Shown here in pieces: positions 26,868 through 35,594 of a stretch of 64,000 nucleotides of DNA (positions are counted from its first letter, which is position 1; the number at the start of each line of letters is the position of its first letter). A program made the position numbers and the translations under genes. The DNA is from Pseudomonadota bacterium. GTDB lineage: Bacteria > Pseudomonadota > Alphaproteobacteria > Sphingomonadales > Sphingomonadaceae. Under the pieces are notes generated by a model, which ran no database searches, was not told the DNA's origin, and worked only from the letters and a program-made list of their open reading frames with translations. The stretch lies in the NCBI GenBank assembly GCA_023445495.1, contig JAEXLC010000180.1, forward strand, positions 805 to 64,804, given 5' to 3'.

Positions 26868-28784
26868 CTAGATGCCTTCGACCAGCAGCCTGGTGTCAGG
26901 CAGCTTCTCGAGGCGCGGGATCTCCAGGTCGGGCCGCGCCATGCGGGTCAGCGCGTTGAGCGCCGCGGCGATCGCGCCTTCCTGCCAGCCGGGCAGCGAG
27001 GAAAGCTGGTCGCCGACGACGAAGAACACCGGATCGGAGAGCTTGCCCTTGGCATCGTGGATGCCGGTGCCCTGGCTCAGATTGTTGAAATGGTCCGCAG
27101 CTTCCTTCGCGGGGCCGACCGACTGCCAATAGGCCCAGCCGCCCTTGATATAGGGCATGTTCTGCCAGGCGATGGCGAGGCCGTCGTGCAGGCCGTTGCC
27201 GAATTTCAGGCCGAATTTCCGCGCGCCCTCGCGGGCCAGGTCGAGCCGGTCCTTGACCGTCATCTGGCCCCATTCATGGGCGACCTGGCCGAAATTATAG
27301 GCGCCGGTCAGCACGCCCTTGCGGTCGTGATAGGCGGTCGAGGGATACCAGATCTGGACGATTTCGTGCGAGGTCCAGCTGATCCCGCCGAAGATCGGCA
27401 CGACGCCTTCCTCGGCATCGGGTGCGACCAGGGTGGTGAGCTTGAGGTCGTTCGTGTGCCGGGCAGTAATCAGCTTGCCCTGCCACAGCGTGCGGTCGCC
27501 CTGCCAGCCGACCTTGGTGGTCGCGGCGAGGAACTTGTCCTGATATTCGCCCTTGTCGTTGATGCGGGGGCGGGCCTGCGCCGCGTAGACCGCCTTGAGC
27601 CCCTGTTTGAACGGCAGGTCGAAGCCGCTCTTGTCGCCGCCGCCCTGCAGTTCCTTCGACAGCAGCTTCTCGAGGAACGGCATCGCGATGTTCGAGAAGC
27701 AATAATCGGCGCGATATTCGATCGTTTCCTTGCTGCCGATCTTGGCGACCTGGACGACGAATTCCTTCGTCTTCGCATCCCAGGCGATCGAGGTCACCGG
27801 GCTGTTCAGGTGGATGGTTCCGCCCAGCGTCGCCACCTGGCGGGCAAAGGCGCGCTGGACCTGGTCCATGCCGCCGACCGGCTGGAAGATCGTCTGCTGC
27901 CACAGGAAATCGACCGGCTGGTAGAAGCGGGTCTGCGCCCAATATTCGGACTTGAGCAGGTCCTCGAGCTTGATCGCCTTGGAGATCTCGCCCGCCGCCA
28001 CGCCGGGGAGCACGTCGAAGCCCGCGCGCGAGATCGCGTTCTCGAAGCCCGGATTGCCGGAGGTGGGCGCGTAATTGCCCTTGTCGTCGAGCTCGCCGAA
28101 GCTGATCATCAGCGACTTGAGCTTGGCGGCCAGGCCCTTGCGCTCGTTCGCGGGGATGTCGAGGCTGGTCGCCTCGAGTAGCTGGGCGGCGTTCTCATGC
28201 ACAAGCTGGGCGATCCAGCCGCGCAGATTATGGTCGATCTGGCGATAGACGCGGGGCTTCCCCCGCAGCGCGCCCTTGTCCATCTGGACGAGGTTCGACA
28301 TCGAATTCATCACATAGACTTCGACCGCGACGCCGAACTCGCGGAGATAGCTGAGCAGCCGCTTGTGCGCCGAAGGAATGCGCCCGGGGCCGGCGTTCAG
28401 ATAGGGCTCGGCATCGCCGACCGGCCATTCGAAGCGGACGACCTGGGTCTCGCCCGGCTCGGACCCGAACAGGGCATCGTCCTTGTCCTCGGTCAGCGTG
28501 TCGCCGGTGCGCAACGACATGCACCGCCCGCCGGTACGGTTCTGCGCCTCGAGGATGGTGACGTCCATGCCGGTCTTGTGGACCAGCAGCTCATAGGCGG
28601 CGGTCAGCCCGCCGACGCCGGCGCCGAGGATCAGCGCACGCTTGCCCTTGAAGCTGCCCTCGTCCAGCCGGACCGGGCCCGGGGTGATCCGCAACTGCTC
28701 GTTGGTCGCGTCGTCCAGTTCGGCCCATGCGGTGGCATCCGGATGCGATCGCAGAAAATCCGCGCGGCTGATCTTGGTCGACAT
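26868..28784 (-). CDS. flavin-containing amine oxidase family protein (L-amino-acid/monoamine oxidase-like)
   Basis: 638 aa. Dinucleotide-binding motif ALILGAGVGGLTAAYEL then EAQNRTGGR, typical of the amine-oxidase family. No signal peptide. SD GGGGGAGAG. Confidence 0.9.
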   Translation of the reverse strand: MSTKISRADFLRSHPDATAWAELDDATNEQLRITPGPVRLDEGSFKGKRALILGAGVGGLTAAYELLVHKTGMDVTILEAQNRTGGRCMSLRTGDTLTEDKDDALFGSEPGETQVVRFEWPVGDAEPYLNAGPGRIPSAHKRLLSYLREFGVAVEVYVMNSMSNLVQMDKGALRGKPRVYRQIDHNLRGWIAQLVHENAAQLLEATSLDIPANERKGLAAKLKSLMISFGELDDKGNYAPTSGNPGFENAISRAGFDVLPGVAAGEISKAIKLEDLLKSEYWAQTRFYQPVDFLWQQTIFQPVGGMDQVQRAFARQVATLGGTIHLNSPVTSIAWDAKTKEFVVQVAKIGSKETIEYRADYCFSNIAMPFLEKLLSKELQGGGDKSGFDLPFKQGLKAVYAAQARPRINDKGEYQDKFLAATTKVGWQGDRTLWQGKLITARHTNDLKLTTLVAPDAEEGVVPIFGGISWTSHEIVQIWYPSTAYHDRKGVLTGAYNFGQVAHEWGQMTVKDRLDLAREGARKFGLKFGNGLHDGLAIAWQNMPYIKGGWAYWQSVGPAKEAADHFNNLSQGTGIHDAKGKLSDPVFFVVGDQLSSLPGWQEGAIAAALNALTRMARPDLEIPRLEKLPDTRLLVEGI

Positions 28785-29118
28785 GTCGCTCTCCCCCGGA
28801 CCCGTCGGAGCGGATCCGCCCAGTGAATTTCAGAATCCCGGGCGGCTGGCGATCAAGGATCACCGCCGGTTCTTGCATGCCGGACGCCAGATGCTGGCTG
28901 CCCCGCCCAGATCATTCGATGCGACTCGTTGGCCAAGCATGCATTATTGGAAAGAAGACAAAACAGTTTTTGGAACCGATATGCAGGTACACTGCAGCTT
29001 TTGGTTCCACGCGCGGGTGAAATCCGCGCAACTGCTTGCGGCGGATAGTTCTCGATACAATGCCGGGGCGGTTATTCGATGAGGGGGAGGGGCGTGTGAG
29101 CGCCCCCGCGCAAGGGGC

Positions 29119-30063
29119 CTAGGCTCCGATGCGGTGCAGGTCCCCGGCCTTGAGCGGCAGGCGGAACTCGCAGAGGAAGCGGTGGCGATCGTCGGTCTCG
29201 ATCACCGAGGCCGGGCCGCCGCCGATATTGGGCAGCGAGATCCACAGCTGGGCGCCATTGGCGAAGGGCGCGCGCGATTCGAACTCGACGAGCTGGGGGG
29301 TGATCCCGCGCAGCTTGACGTTCCACCAGCGCACGCCCTCGCGGACGCGGGCCGGGGTGTCGAGGCGGATCGCCTGCTTGTCCGGGATCAGGCCGGCCGG
29401 CTCCTGGATCACGGCCATGCGAGTGTGGTGCGACGGGGTCTGCTGGGCCTGGCGCAGCCAGGGCATCAGCACCTGCCAGGGCAGGTCCTCGCCAAAAGCA
29501 ACGCCGGCAAAGCTGCCCTGCGACCATTTCACCATGCCATCGAGCGGACGCAGGCCGTCGAAATTGATCTGGACGAGATCGCCTTCCTGCAGCGCGATCT
29601 CGGTCTCGAAGCCGCAGCCGCCCTGGGAGAGGTTGCGGCTGCGGGTGAATTCGACCTGGTTGCCGCGGCGCACGCAGATCGTCTGGTGCAGCTCGACGCG
29701 CGGTACGCTGCGGCGCTCGGCGGGCAGGCAGGCGAGGTTGCGGGCAAGCGTGCTGACCACATCGATCGGCGTCTCGAACAGGAAGCCGGCGGCCCCTTGC
29801 TCGGTCCAGGCGATACGGCCCGGCAGTGACTGGCCATTGGCGAGTTCGAGGCAAAGGCCTTCCGCCTCGACGATCTCGTCATCGAGGTGGAGCATCGCGC
29901 CGGCTGCGCTCAGCTTGCGCAGCGAGCAGGGCAGGCGGGTGGTCTCGCCGACCAGCGCGGCGGAATCGAAGGCGGCATGGTCGCCCGGCTCCACAAGCAT
30001 CTGCGCGCCCGGGGCTTCTCCCGAGAGGCTGAAGATGGTGGAGGACGCAAGTCCCTGTCGCAT
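29119..30063 (-). CDS. protein with three PilZ-like modules
   Basis: 314 aa. The central module keeps RRSVPR (RxxxR) and NLSQGG (D/NxSxxG). The flanking modules keep only the barrel-like part (for example LRKLSAAGA). Confidence 0.8.
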   Translation of the reverse strand: MRQGLASSTIFSLSGEAPGAQMLVEPGDHAAFDSAALVGETTRLPCSLRKLSAAGAMLHLDDEIVEAEGLCLELANGQSLPGRIAWTEQGAAGFLFETPIDVVSTLARNLACLPAERRSVPRVELHQTICVRRGNQVEFTRSRNLSQGGCGFETEIALQEGDLVQINFDGLRPLDGMVKWSQGSFAGVAFGEDLPWQVLMPWLRQAQQTPSHHTRMAVIQEPAGLIPDKQAIRLDTPARVREGVRWWNVKLRGITPQLVEFESRAPFANGAQLWISLPNIGGGPASVIETDDRHRFLCEFRLPLKAGDLHRIGA

Positions 30064-30167
30064 AAATGTTTTTTCCCGACCCCGCTCGGTGGCGATAGTG
30101 CGGGGCCGGGTCTGAAGGCGGGGTTAAGCCGGAGGGTTGCGAAATCCCTAATATACCCCCGAAACGA

Positions 30168-30821
30168 TCAGTCGCGGTCCGGCGCGCCGAGCGGGAAATA
30201 ATGGCGATAGGGGCGCGCATCCTCGACGCAGCGTACGACCGAGGGGCGGGCGAGCAGCCGGGCGCGATAGGCGCGGAGATGGGCCAGCGCCTCGGGGATC
30301 GGGCGGACCCAGTCGGCATAGAAGAGCGAAGGCGCGGCGGCGCAGTCGGCAAGGGTGAAACGATCCCCGACGGCCCATTCCCGGCCGGCGAGATGCGCGT
30401 CGAGCCAGGCATAGATCGTGTCGAGCCGGGCCATGGCCTGGTCGAGCGCGACGGGATCGCGCCGCTCCTCGGGCAGCATCGCGTCGATCACCGGCTTCTG
30501 CATCATGCCCATGACGTAGTTGTCGAAGATCCGGTCGAGCATCCGCGCCTGTACGGCGAGATCGGGATCGGTGGGGAGCAGCGCGACCGGGCCGGGATGG
30601 TGGACATGGAGATATTCGATCACCGCGGTCGCCTCGACGATCGTGCGGTCACCTTCGGCGAGGACGGGGAAGAGCTTGAGCGGCCAGCGGGCCTCCAGCT
30701 CCTGCGCGGCGCCGGGCTCCTCGAGATTGCGGAAGGTGAAGGGGATGTCGTTCTCGTAAAGGGCGATCAACGCCTTCCAGGTGTAGGACGAGAAGGGGTG
30801 GCCGAAGAGCTGGAGCGGCAT
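30168..30821 (-). CDS. glutathione S-transferase family protein
   Basis: 217 aa with thioredoxin-like N-domain (LFGHPFSSYTWKALIAL) and helical C-domain. Confidence 0.9.
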   Translation of the reverse strand: MPLQLFGHPFSSYTWKALIALYENDIPFTFRNLEEPGAAQELEARWPLKLFPVLAEGDRTIVEATAVIEYLHVHHPGPVALLPTDPDLAVQARMLDRIFDNYVMGMMQKPVIDAMLPEERRDPVALDQAMARLDTIYAWLDAHLAGREWAVGDRFTLADCAAAPSLFYADWVRPIPEALAHLRAYRARLLARPSVVRCVEDARPYRHYFPLGAPDRD

Positions 30822-30906
30822 GGCATCCTCTCATAGTTAGGATTTAAGCTAAGTATCTGGATGCGGTGCGGCTGTCACGCGAATTGTCACTGCCACCCTT
30901 CTTTCT

Positions 30907-30927
30907 CCCCTCCCTGCAAGGGAGGGG
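30907..30927. repeat. family C hairpin CCCCTCCCT-GCA-AGGGAGGGG
   Basis: 9-bp perfect stem directly 3' of moaC. The identical 21-nt core recurs at 62242-62262 and inverted at 62359-62379. Confidence 0.85.
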
Positions 30928-30934
30928 AATTCCT

Positions 30935-31402
30935 TCAGGCCACCCAGTCGCCGGACTTGCCGCCCTTCTTGGAGAGCAGACGAATCTCGCCGATGGTCAT
31001 GGCCTTATCGAGCGCCTTGGCCATGTCGTAGAGGGTGAGCAGCGCCGTGGAGACGGCGGTGAGCGCTTCCATCTCGACGCCAGTCTGGGCCTCGGTGGCG
31101 GCGGTGGCCGTTACCGTGACGCCGGTCTCGTCGGGTGCGAGGTCAACGGAGACCCTGGTCAGCGGCAGCGGGTGGCAGAGCGGGATCAGCTCGGCGGTGC
31201 GCTTGGCGGCCATGATCCCGGCGATGCGCGCGGTGGCGAGGACGTCGCCCTTCTTGACGGCACCGGCGCGGATCGCAGCGGCGGCTTCGCGCGACATCTC
31301 GATCCGGCCGCTGGCGACGGCCTCGCGCGCGGTGACCGCCTTGCCCGCGACATCCACCATGCGCGCGGCGCCGGTCTCGTCGAGATGGGTGAGGTTGCTC
31401 AC
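30935..31402 (-). CDS. moaC: cyclic pyranopterin monophosphate synthase MoaC
   Basis: 155 aa starting [18 protein letters not shown]. The GTG start overlaps the trpC stop (GTGA). Confidence 0.95.
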   Translation of the reverse strand: MSNLTHLDETGAARMVDVAGKAVTAREAVASGRIEMSREAAAAIRAGAVKKGDVLATARIAGIMAAKRTAELIPLCHPLPLTRVSVDLAPDETGVTVTATAATEAQTGVEMEALTAVSTALLTLYDMAKALDKAMTIGEIRLLSKKGGKSGDWVA

Positions 31403-32187
31403 CCGACCAGCGTCCGGGTCGCTGCCTCGACGTCATCTTGGCGCATCAGCGACTCGCCGACGAGGAAGCAGCGAATGTCGTGCGCAGCCATCGCGTCGAG
31501 ATCGGCGCGCGTGTTCAAGCCGCTCTCCGCGACAAAGGTGCAGTCCTTCGGGGCCTGGCCGACCAGGTCATAGGTTTTCTGCACATCGACCTCGAAGGTC
31601 TTGAGATTGCGGTTGTTCACACCGATCACGCGCGAGCGCAGCCTGAGCGCGCGCTCGAGCTCGTCGGCGTCGTGCACCTCGACCAGCACGTCCATGCCGA
31701 GGCCGAGCGCGGCGTCCTCGATCTCGGCCATCTGCGCGTCTTCCAGTGCGGCCACGATGATGAGGATCGCATCGGCGCCGATCGCGCGCGATTCGAGTAC
31801 CTGCCAGGGATCGACCATGAAGTCCTTGCGGATCACCGGCAGGTCGCAAGCGGCACGGGCGGCGATGAGAAACTCCTCATGCCCTTGGAAATACTCCAGG
31901 TCGGTCAGGACCGAGAGACAGGCGGCGCCGCCTGCCTGATAGGCGCGAGCATGGGCCGGGGGATCGAAATCGGCGCGGATCAGCCCCTTGGACGGGCTGG
32001 CCTTCTTGATCTCGGCGATCAGGCCATAGCCGCCGGCGGCTGCCTTTGCGTCGAGCGCGGCCTTGAAGCCGCGTGGCGGCGTGCGGGTGAGCGCCTGGGC
32101 CTGGAGATCGGCCAGCGAGGTGGTCGCGCGGCGGGTGGCGACTTCGCCATGCTTGGTGGCGATGATGGTATCGAGGATCGTGGACAT
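31399..32187 (-). CDS. trpC: indole-3-glycerol phosphate synthase
   Basis: 262 aa with [12 protein letters not shown]. The ATG overlaps the trpD stop (ATGA). The 821-aa track ORF is a read-through artefact upstream of this ATG. Confidence 0.95.
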   Translation of the reverse strand: MSTILDTIIATKHGEVATRRATTSLADLQAQALTRTPPRGFKAALDAKAAAGGYGLIAEIKKASPSKGLIRADFDPPAHARAYQAGGAACLSVLTDLEYFQGHEEFLIAARAACDLPVIRKDFMVDPWQVLESRAIGADAILIIVAALEDAQMAEIEDAALGLGMDVLVEVHDADELERALRLRSRVIGVNNRNLKTFEVDVQKTYDLVGQAPKDCTFVAESGLNTRADLDAMAAHDIRCFLVGESLMRQDDVEAATRTLVG

Positions 32188-33176
32188 CAAAAGGCGATCC
32201 AGCAGGCGAGCAGCGCCTTGGCAAGGCCCTTGTCGATCGTCTCGGCGGCTTCCTCGGCCCCGGCGCGCAGATCGCTCGCCTCGCCGGCGATGACGAGCGC
32301 GGCAGCGGCGTTGAGCAGCACGGCGTCGCGATAGGGGCTGTGCTCGCCTTCGAGCAGGCGGTGAAGCGCGAGGGCATTGTACTCCGGGCCGCCGCCGCGG
32401 ATGGCGACCAGCGGGTGGCGGGGCAGGCCGGCATCCTCGGGCGTGATACGCTTGGGAAGGCCCGAGCTGCCGATGCTCACCACGACGCTGGCATGCTCGG
32501 TGGAGAGCTCGTCGAGCCCTTCCTCGCCGGAGACGATCGCCGCGCTGTCGACGCCGAGCTGTTCCAGCGCCTCGGCATAGATCGGGGCATAATCGGGCCG
32601 GGCGATGCCGATCAGCTGGCGGCGGACATGGGCGGGGTTCGCGAGCGGGCCCATCAGGTTGAAGATGGTACGGCGGCCGATCCGGCGGCGCAGCGGGCCG
32701 ATCCGGGCGAGCGAGGGGTGGTGCGCCTGGGCGAAGAGGAAAGCGATGCCGAGCTCGTTGAGCGATTCCTCGGCACGGGCGCCGGCACGGTCGAGATCGA
32801 GGCCCAGCGCTTCGAGCGTGTCCGCCGCGCCCGACTTGGACGAGGCGGCGCGATTGCCGTGCTTGGCGACCGGCACGCCGGCTGCGGCGACGACCAGGCT
32901 GACTGCGGTGGAGACGTTGAGCGTGTGATGCCCGTCGCCGCCGGTGCCGCAGACGTCGATCGCGCCTTCGGGCGCCGAGATCGGGATCAGCCGCGCGCGC
33001 ATCGCCCGGGCGGCCTCGGCGATCTCGATGCTGGTCTCGCCGCGGACGGACAGGTCGATCAGGAAACGCTCGATCTCGGGCTCGGGCACCTTGCCGTCGA
33101 GGATGTCGGCAAAGGCTTGCGCGGCGGACTCGCGCGCGAGCGGGGTCGCGGGATCGGGGAGGAGAGTGAAGGTCAT
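32187..33176 (-). CDS. trpD: anthranilate phosphoribosyltransferase
   Basis: CGTGGDG motif and full-length pattern. The ATG lies one codon inside the GTG track start. Confidence 0.95.
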   Translation of the reverse strand: MTFTLLPDPATPLARESAAQAFADILDGKVPEPEIERFLIDLSVRGETSIEIAEAARAMRARLIPISAPEGAIDVCGTGGDGHHTLNVSTAVSLVVAAAGVPVAKHGNRAASSKSGAADTLEALGLDLDRAGARAEESLNELGIAFLFAQAHHPSLARIGPLRRRIGRRTIFNLMGPLANPAHVRRQLIGIARPDYAPIYAEALEQLGVDSAAIVSGEEGLDELSTEHASVVVSIGSSGLPKRITPEDAGLPRHPLVAIRGGGPEYNALALHRLLEGEHSPYRDAVLLNAAAALVIAGEASDLRAGAEEAAETIDKGLAKALLACWIAF

Positions 33177-33244
33177 CACGGGGGCTGTATTGATATCCCA
33201 GTGTGGGATGTCGAGAAATTCCTGCTTTACCCGGCATCCCTAAC

Positions 33245-33348
33245 TGCTCCCCGGCGAAGGCCGGGGCCAAGTTGCAACGTCGTTCGAGAGGTTTGAGCGT
33301 CCTAACCCGCTGGGCCGAGACTGGACCCCGGCCTTCGCCGGGGAACAG
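33245..33348. repeat. family B inverted pair of GC hairpins (CCCCGGCGAAGGCCGGGG ... CCCCGGCCTTCGCCGGGG)
   Basis: 19-nt arms at 33248-33266 and 33326-33344 are reverse complements. Each arm is itself a hairpin. Confidence 0.8.
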
Positions 33349-33368
33349 GATTGGCTGATGTTGAGATG

Positions 33369-34904
33369 TTAGCCCGCCTCGATCAGATGACGCCCCTCGG
33401 GGCTGATCGCGAGGTCGCGCCAGTCGAGTTCTTCCTGGAGCTGCTCGTACAGGTCCTGGCCGATCACGTCGCTGTCGCGCAGTTGGTTGAGCTTGTCGCG
33501 CTGGGCGGCGACGGCGCAGAGCTGGAGGCGCTGGCGGGCATCGAATTCGGGGCAGACATTGTCGGCGCCGTTGCGGTCGATCTCGAACTGGCGCCGGGTC
33601 TCGTCGGCGACCTTGCCCTGTTCGGTTTCGAGCGCGGTGAGCGCGGCCTCGGCGAGCTTGCGGCGGGCATGGTTGAGCAGTTCCTCGCCATCGCCCTTGC
33701 CGGCGAGTCCGAGCAGCTTGATCAGCGGGGCGAGGGTGAGGCCCTGCAGCACCAAGGTCGCCAGCACCACGGCGAAGGCGGAAAGCACCATCAGGTCGCG
33801 CTGGGGAAAGTCGTGCGGCAGCGCGAAGGCGGTGGCGAGCGTGACGAGCCCGCGCATCCCGCACCAGCCGACCACCACGCTCTGCGCGAAGCTGGGCGGG
33901 GGCAGGTTGCCCCGGATCATCGGGAAGGCGCGGACGATGCCGTTATAGGCGAGCGACCAGGCCATCCGGGTGACGATCACGCCGAGCACCACGAGCCCCG
34001 CGAAGATCGCGGCCTCGCGCAGGCGCTCGGGGCTCATCTCGGCGACGATCTGGCGCGCCTGCATGCCCATCAGCAGGAAGGCGACGACGTTCAGCACGAA
34101 CACGCCGACGCCCCATACCGCGAAGGACTGGACGCGGTTGCGCGCGCTGATCGGCACACTGGGCGAGTTGGCGACGTACATCGCGCAGGTGACGACGCAG
34201 AGCACGGCGGACAGGCCGAGCCGTTCGGCGACGATCCAGGCCACCCAGGTGTTGACGAACTCGAACAGGTTTCCGCCGAACGAGCCGCGGGTGAACGGCA
34301 TCAGCCTGCCCATCAGCCAGCCACAGGCGAGGCCGAGCAGGATGCCGCCGGGCACGGCGAGGCCAAGGCGGGTGGCGACCATCGGATCGATCCCGCCATG
34401 GCTCTGCACCGCGAGCGCGGCGCCGAACAGCAGCAGCGCGGTGGCGTCGTTGAGCAGGCTCTCGCCGGTGAGCACCTGGACGGTGCGGCGCGGCAGCGCG
34501 GCGGACTGGAGGACGGTGGTGGCGGCGGCAGCGTCGGGCGGGGCGACGATCGCGCCGAGCGCGATCGCGGCGGCGATCGGCAATCCGGCGAACGCCCAGC
34601 CGATCCAGGCGACCACGGCAGTGGTGAGCAGCACCGCGACGACGGCGAGCGAGACGAGCGGGCGCCACAGCCGGCGGATCGCGGCGAGGGGGAAGTCGAA
34701 GGCGGCGTCGAGCAGCACGGGCGCGATGAACAGCGCCATCGCGGTATGCCCGTCGAGCGCGATGTTGGGCGAGCCGGGGATGGTCGCGACAATCACGCCG
34801 GCAGCGGCGAGCATCGTCGGATAGGGAATCGGAGTTCGTCGCGAGACCTGCAGCAGCAGGACCGCCAGGGCGAGGAGCGCGACGAGGCTCTCGAAGAAGG
34901 TCAC
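33369..34904 (-). CDS. Na+/H+ antiporter (CPA1 family)
   Basis: 511 aa with about 12 TM helices and a soluble C-terminal tail. GTG start. Confidence 0.9.
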   Translation of the reverse strand: MTFFESLVALLALAVLLLQVSRRTPIPYPTMLAAAGVIVATIPGSPNIALDGHTAMALFIAPVLLDAAFDFPLAAIRRLWRPLVSLAVVAVLLTTAVVAWIGWAFAGLPIAAAIALGAIVAPPDAAAATTVLQSAALPRRTVQVLTGESLLNDATALLLFGAALAVQSHGGIDPMVATRLGLAVPGGILLGLACGWLMGRLMPFTRGSFGGNLFEFVNTWVAWIVAERLGLSAVLCVVTCAMYVANSPSVPISARNRVQSFAVWGVGVFVLNVVAFLLMGMQARQIVAEMSPERLREAAIFAGLVVLGVIVTRMAWSLAYNGIVRAFPMIRGNLPPPSFAQSVVVGWCGMRGLVTLATAFALPHDFPQRDLMVLSAFAVVLATLVLQGLTLAPLIKLLGLAGKGDGEELLNHARRKLAEAALTALETEQGKVADETRRQFEIDRNGADNVCPEFDARQRLQLCAVAAQRDKLNQLRDSDVIGQDLYEQLQEELDWRDLAISPEGRHLIEAG

Positions 34905-35079
34905 GGGAACAGGCTAGCGTACGTGAGACGCGGGTCAATTCCCTCTACCGCTTTTGCGGGAGAGGGACGGCGACGCCGGCGAAGCCGGGGCGCACCAGGG
35001 CGAGGGCCTGTGCTGGCCGCACGTGGAGCGCTTGCCGCTCTTTCAGGCCCTCACCCTTCCGCCGACCTTGTCGGCTCCC

Positions 35080-35107
35080 TCCCTCTCCCGTGAAAGCGGG
35101 AGAGGGA
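35080..35107. repeat. hairpin TCCCTCTCCCG-TGAAAG-CGGGAGAGGGA (family C-like)
   Basis: 11-bp perfect stem just 3' of the EF-hand gene stop. A second hairpin, GCCGAC-CTT-GTCGGC, lies at 35061-35075. Confidence 0.75.
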
Positions 35108-35114
35108 ATGAAGG

Positions 35115-35471
35115 TCAGCTCGCGTTACCCGGCTGGGCTTGCGCCGGCGCGGTGGCGGCGGGCGTATCGTCCGGGCCATCCTCCGGCCCGTCGAACCCGT
35201 GCGGGCCGTGGTGGCGGCCATGGCCGCGCAGGGCAGGCGGGATCTCTCCGATGACCAGCTTGCCGTCATGGTTGGTATCGAAGGTGTCGAAACGGGCATT
35301 CGCCGCCGCGACCCATTCGGCGCGGGTGACGACGCCGTCGCCATTGGCATCGGCGCGGGCGAAGGGCCCCATCGGGCCGCGGCCCATGCTCGCCATCGCG
35401 ATGCCGCCTGCGGCTACCGTGACGAGCACGCCGGCCAGCGTCGCGGCGACCAGCTGCAGCTTGTGGTTCAT
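35115..35471 (-). CDS. secreted or membrane-anchored EF-hand protein with His/Gly/Pro-rich tail
   Basis: Loops DANGDGVVTRAE and DTNHDGKLVIGE. N-terminal hydrophobic segment. Start set at the second ATG (MNHKLQL), which has SD GGAGAG. Confidence 0.75.
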   Translation of the reverse strand: MNHKLQLVAATLAGVLVTVAAGGIAMASMGRGPMGPFARADANGDGVVTRAEWVAAANARFDTFDTNHDGKLVIGEIPPALRGHGRHHGPHGFDGPEDGPDDTPAATAPAQAQPGNAS

Positions 35472-35594
35472 TGCACTCTCCATCGGGCCCGGGATCGGGC
35501 CATGGTGGAGACAGTGGCGGCGCCACGTCGCGCGGCTATGTCACCGCGCGGGTGAAATTGTCGCAAATAGTTGCAGGTTCAGGCGCTTGCAGGC

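Noticed and set aside
28749-28769. Tat-like motif SRADFLR at the N-terminus of the amine oxidase.
   Set aside because: It has a single Arg rather than the twin-Arg, and no hydrophobic h-region or cleavage site follows. It is probably coincidental.
28971-28987. Possible sigma-54 promoter: TGGAACC..TGCA on the plus strand, and TGGAACCAAAAGCTGCA on the minus strand at 28993-29009.
   Set aside because: The GG-to-GC spacing is one nucleotide too short on one strand and one too long on the other, relative to TGGCAC-N5-TTGC. No enhancer-binding protein gene is nearby.
31399-33864. 821-aa ORF that appears to fuse trpC with a long N-terminal extension. Similar cases are the 938-aa ORF 39129-41945 and the 486-aa ORF 19622-21082.
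   Set aside because: Only the C-terminal portions match trpC, the PpiD-like protein and the EF-hand protein. The extensions run out of frame through neighbouring genes (trpD, antisense tpiA, comEC) and are Arg/Pro-rich. Internal starts with SD sequences or start/stop coupling fit better.
35571-35594. Direct repeat TTGCAGG-N9-TTGCAGG just 3' of trpG.
   Set aside because: It is only 7 nt long, lies downstream of a stop codon, and has no associated structure or known motif.
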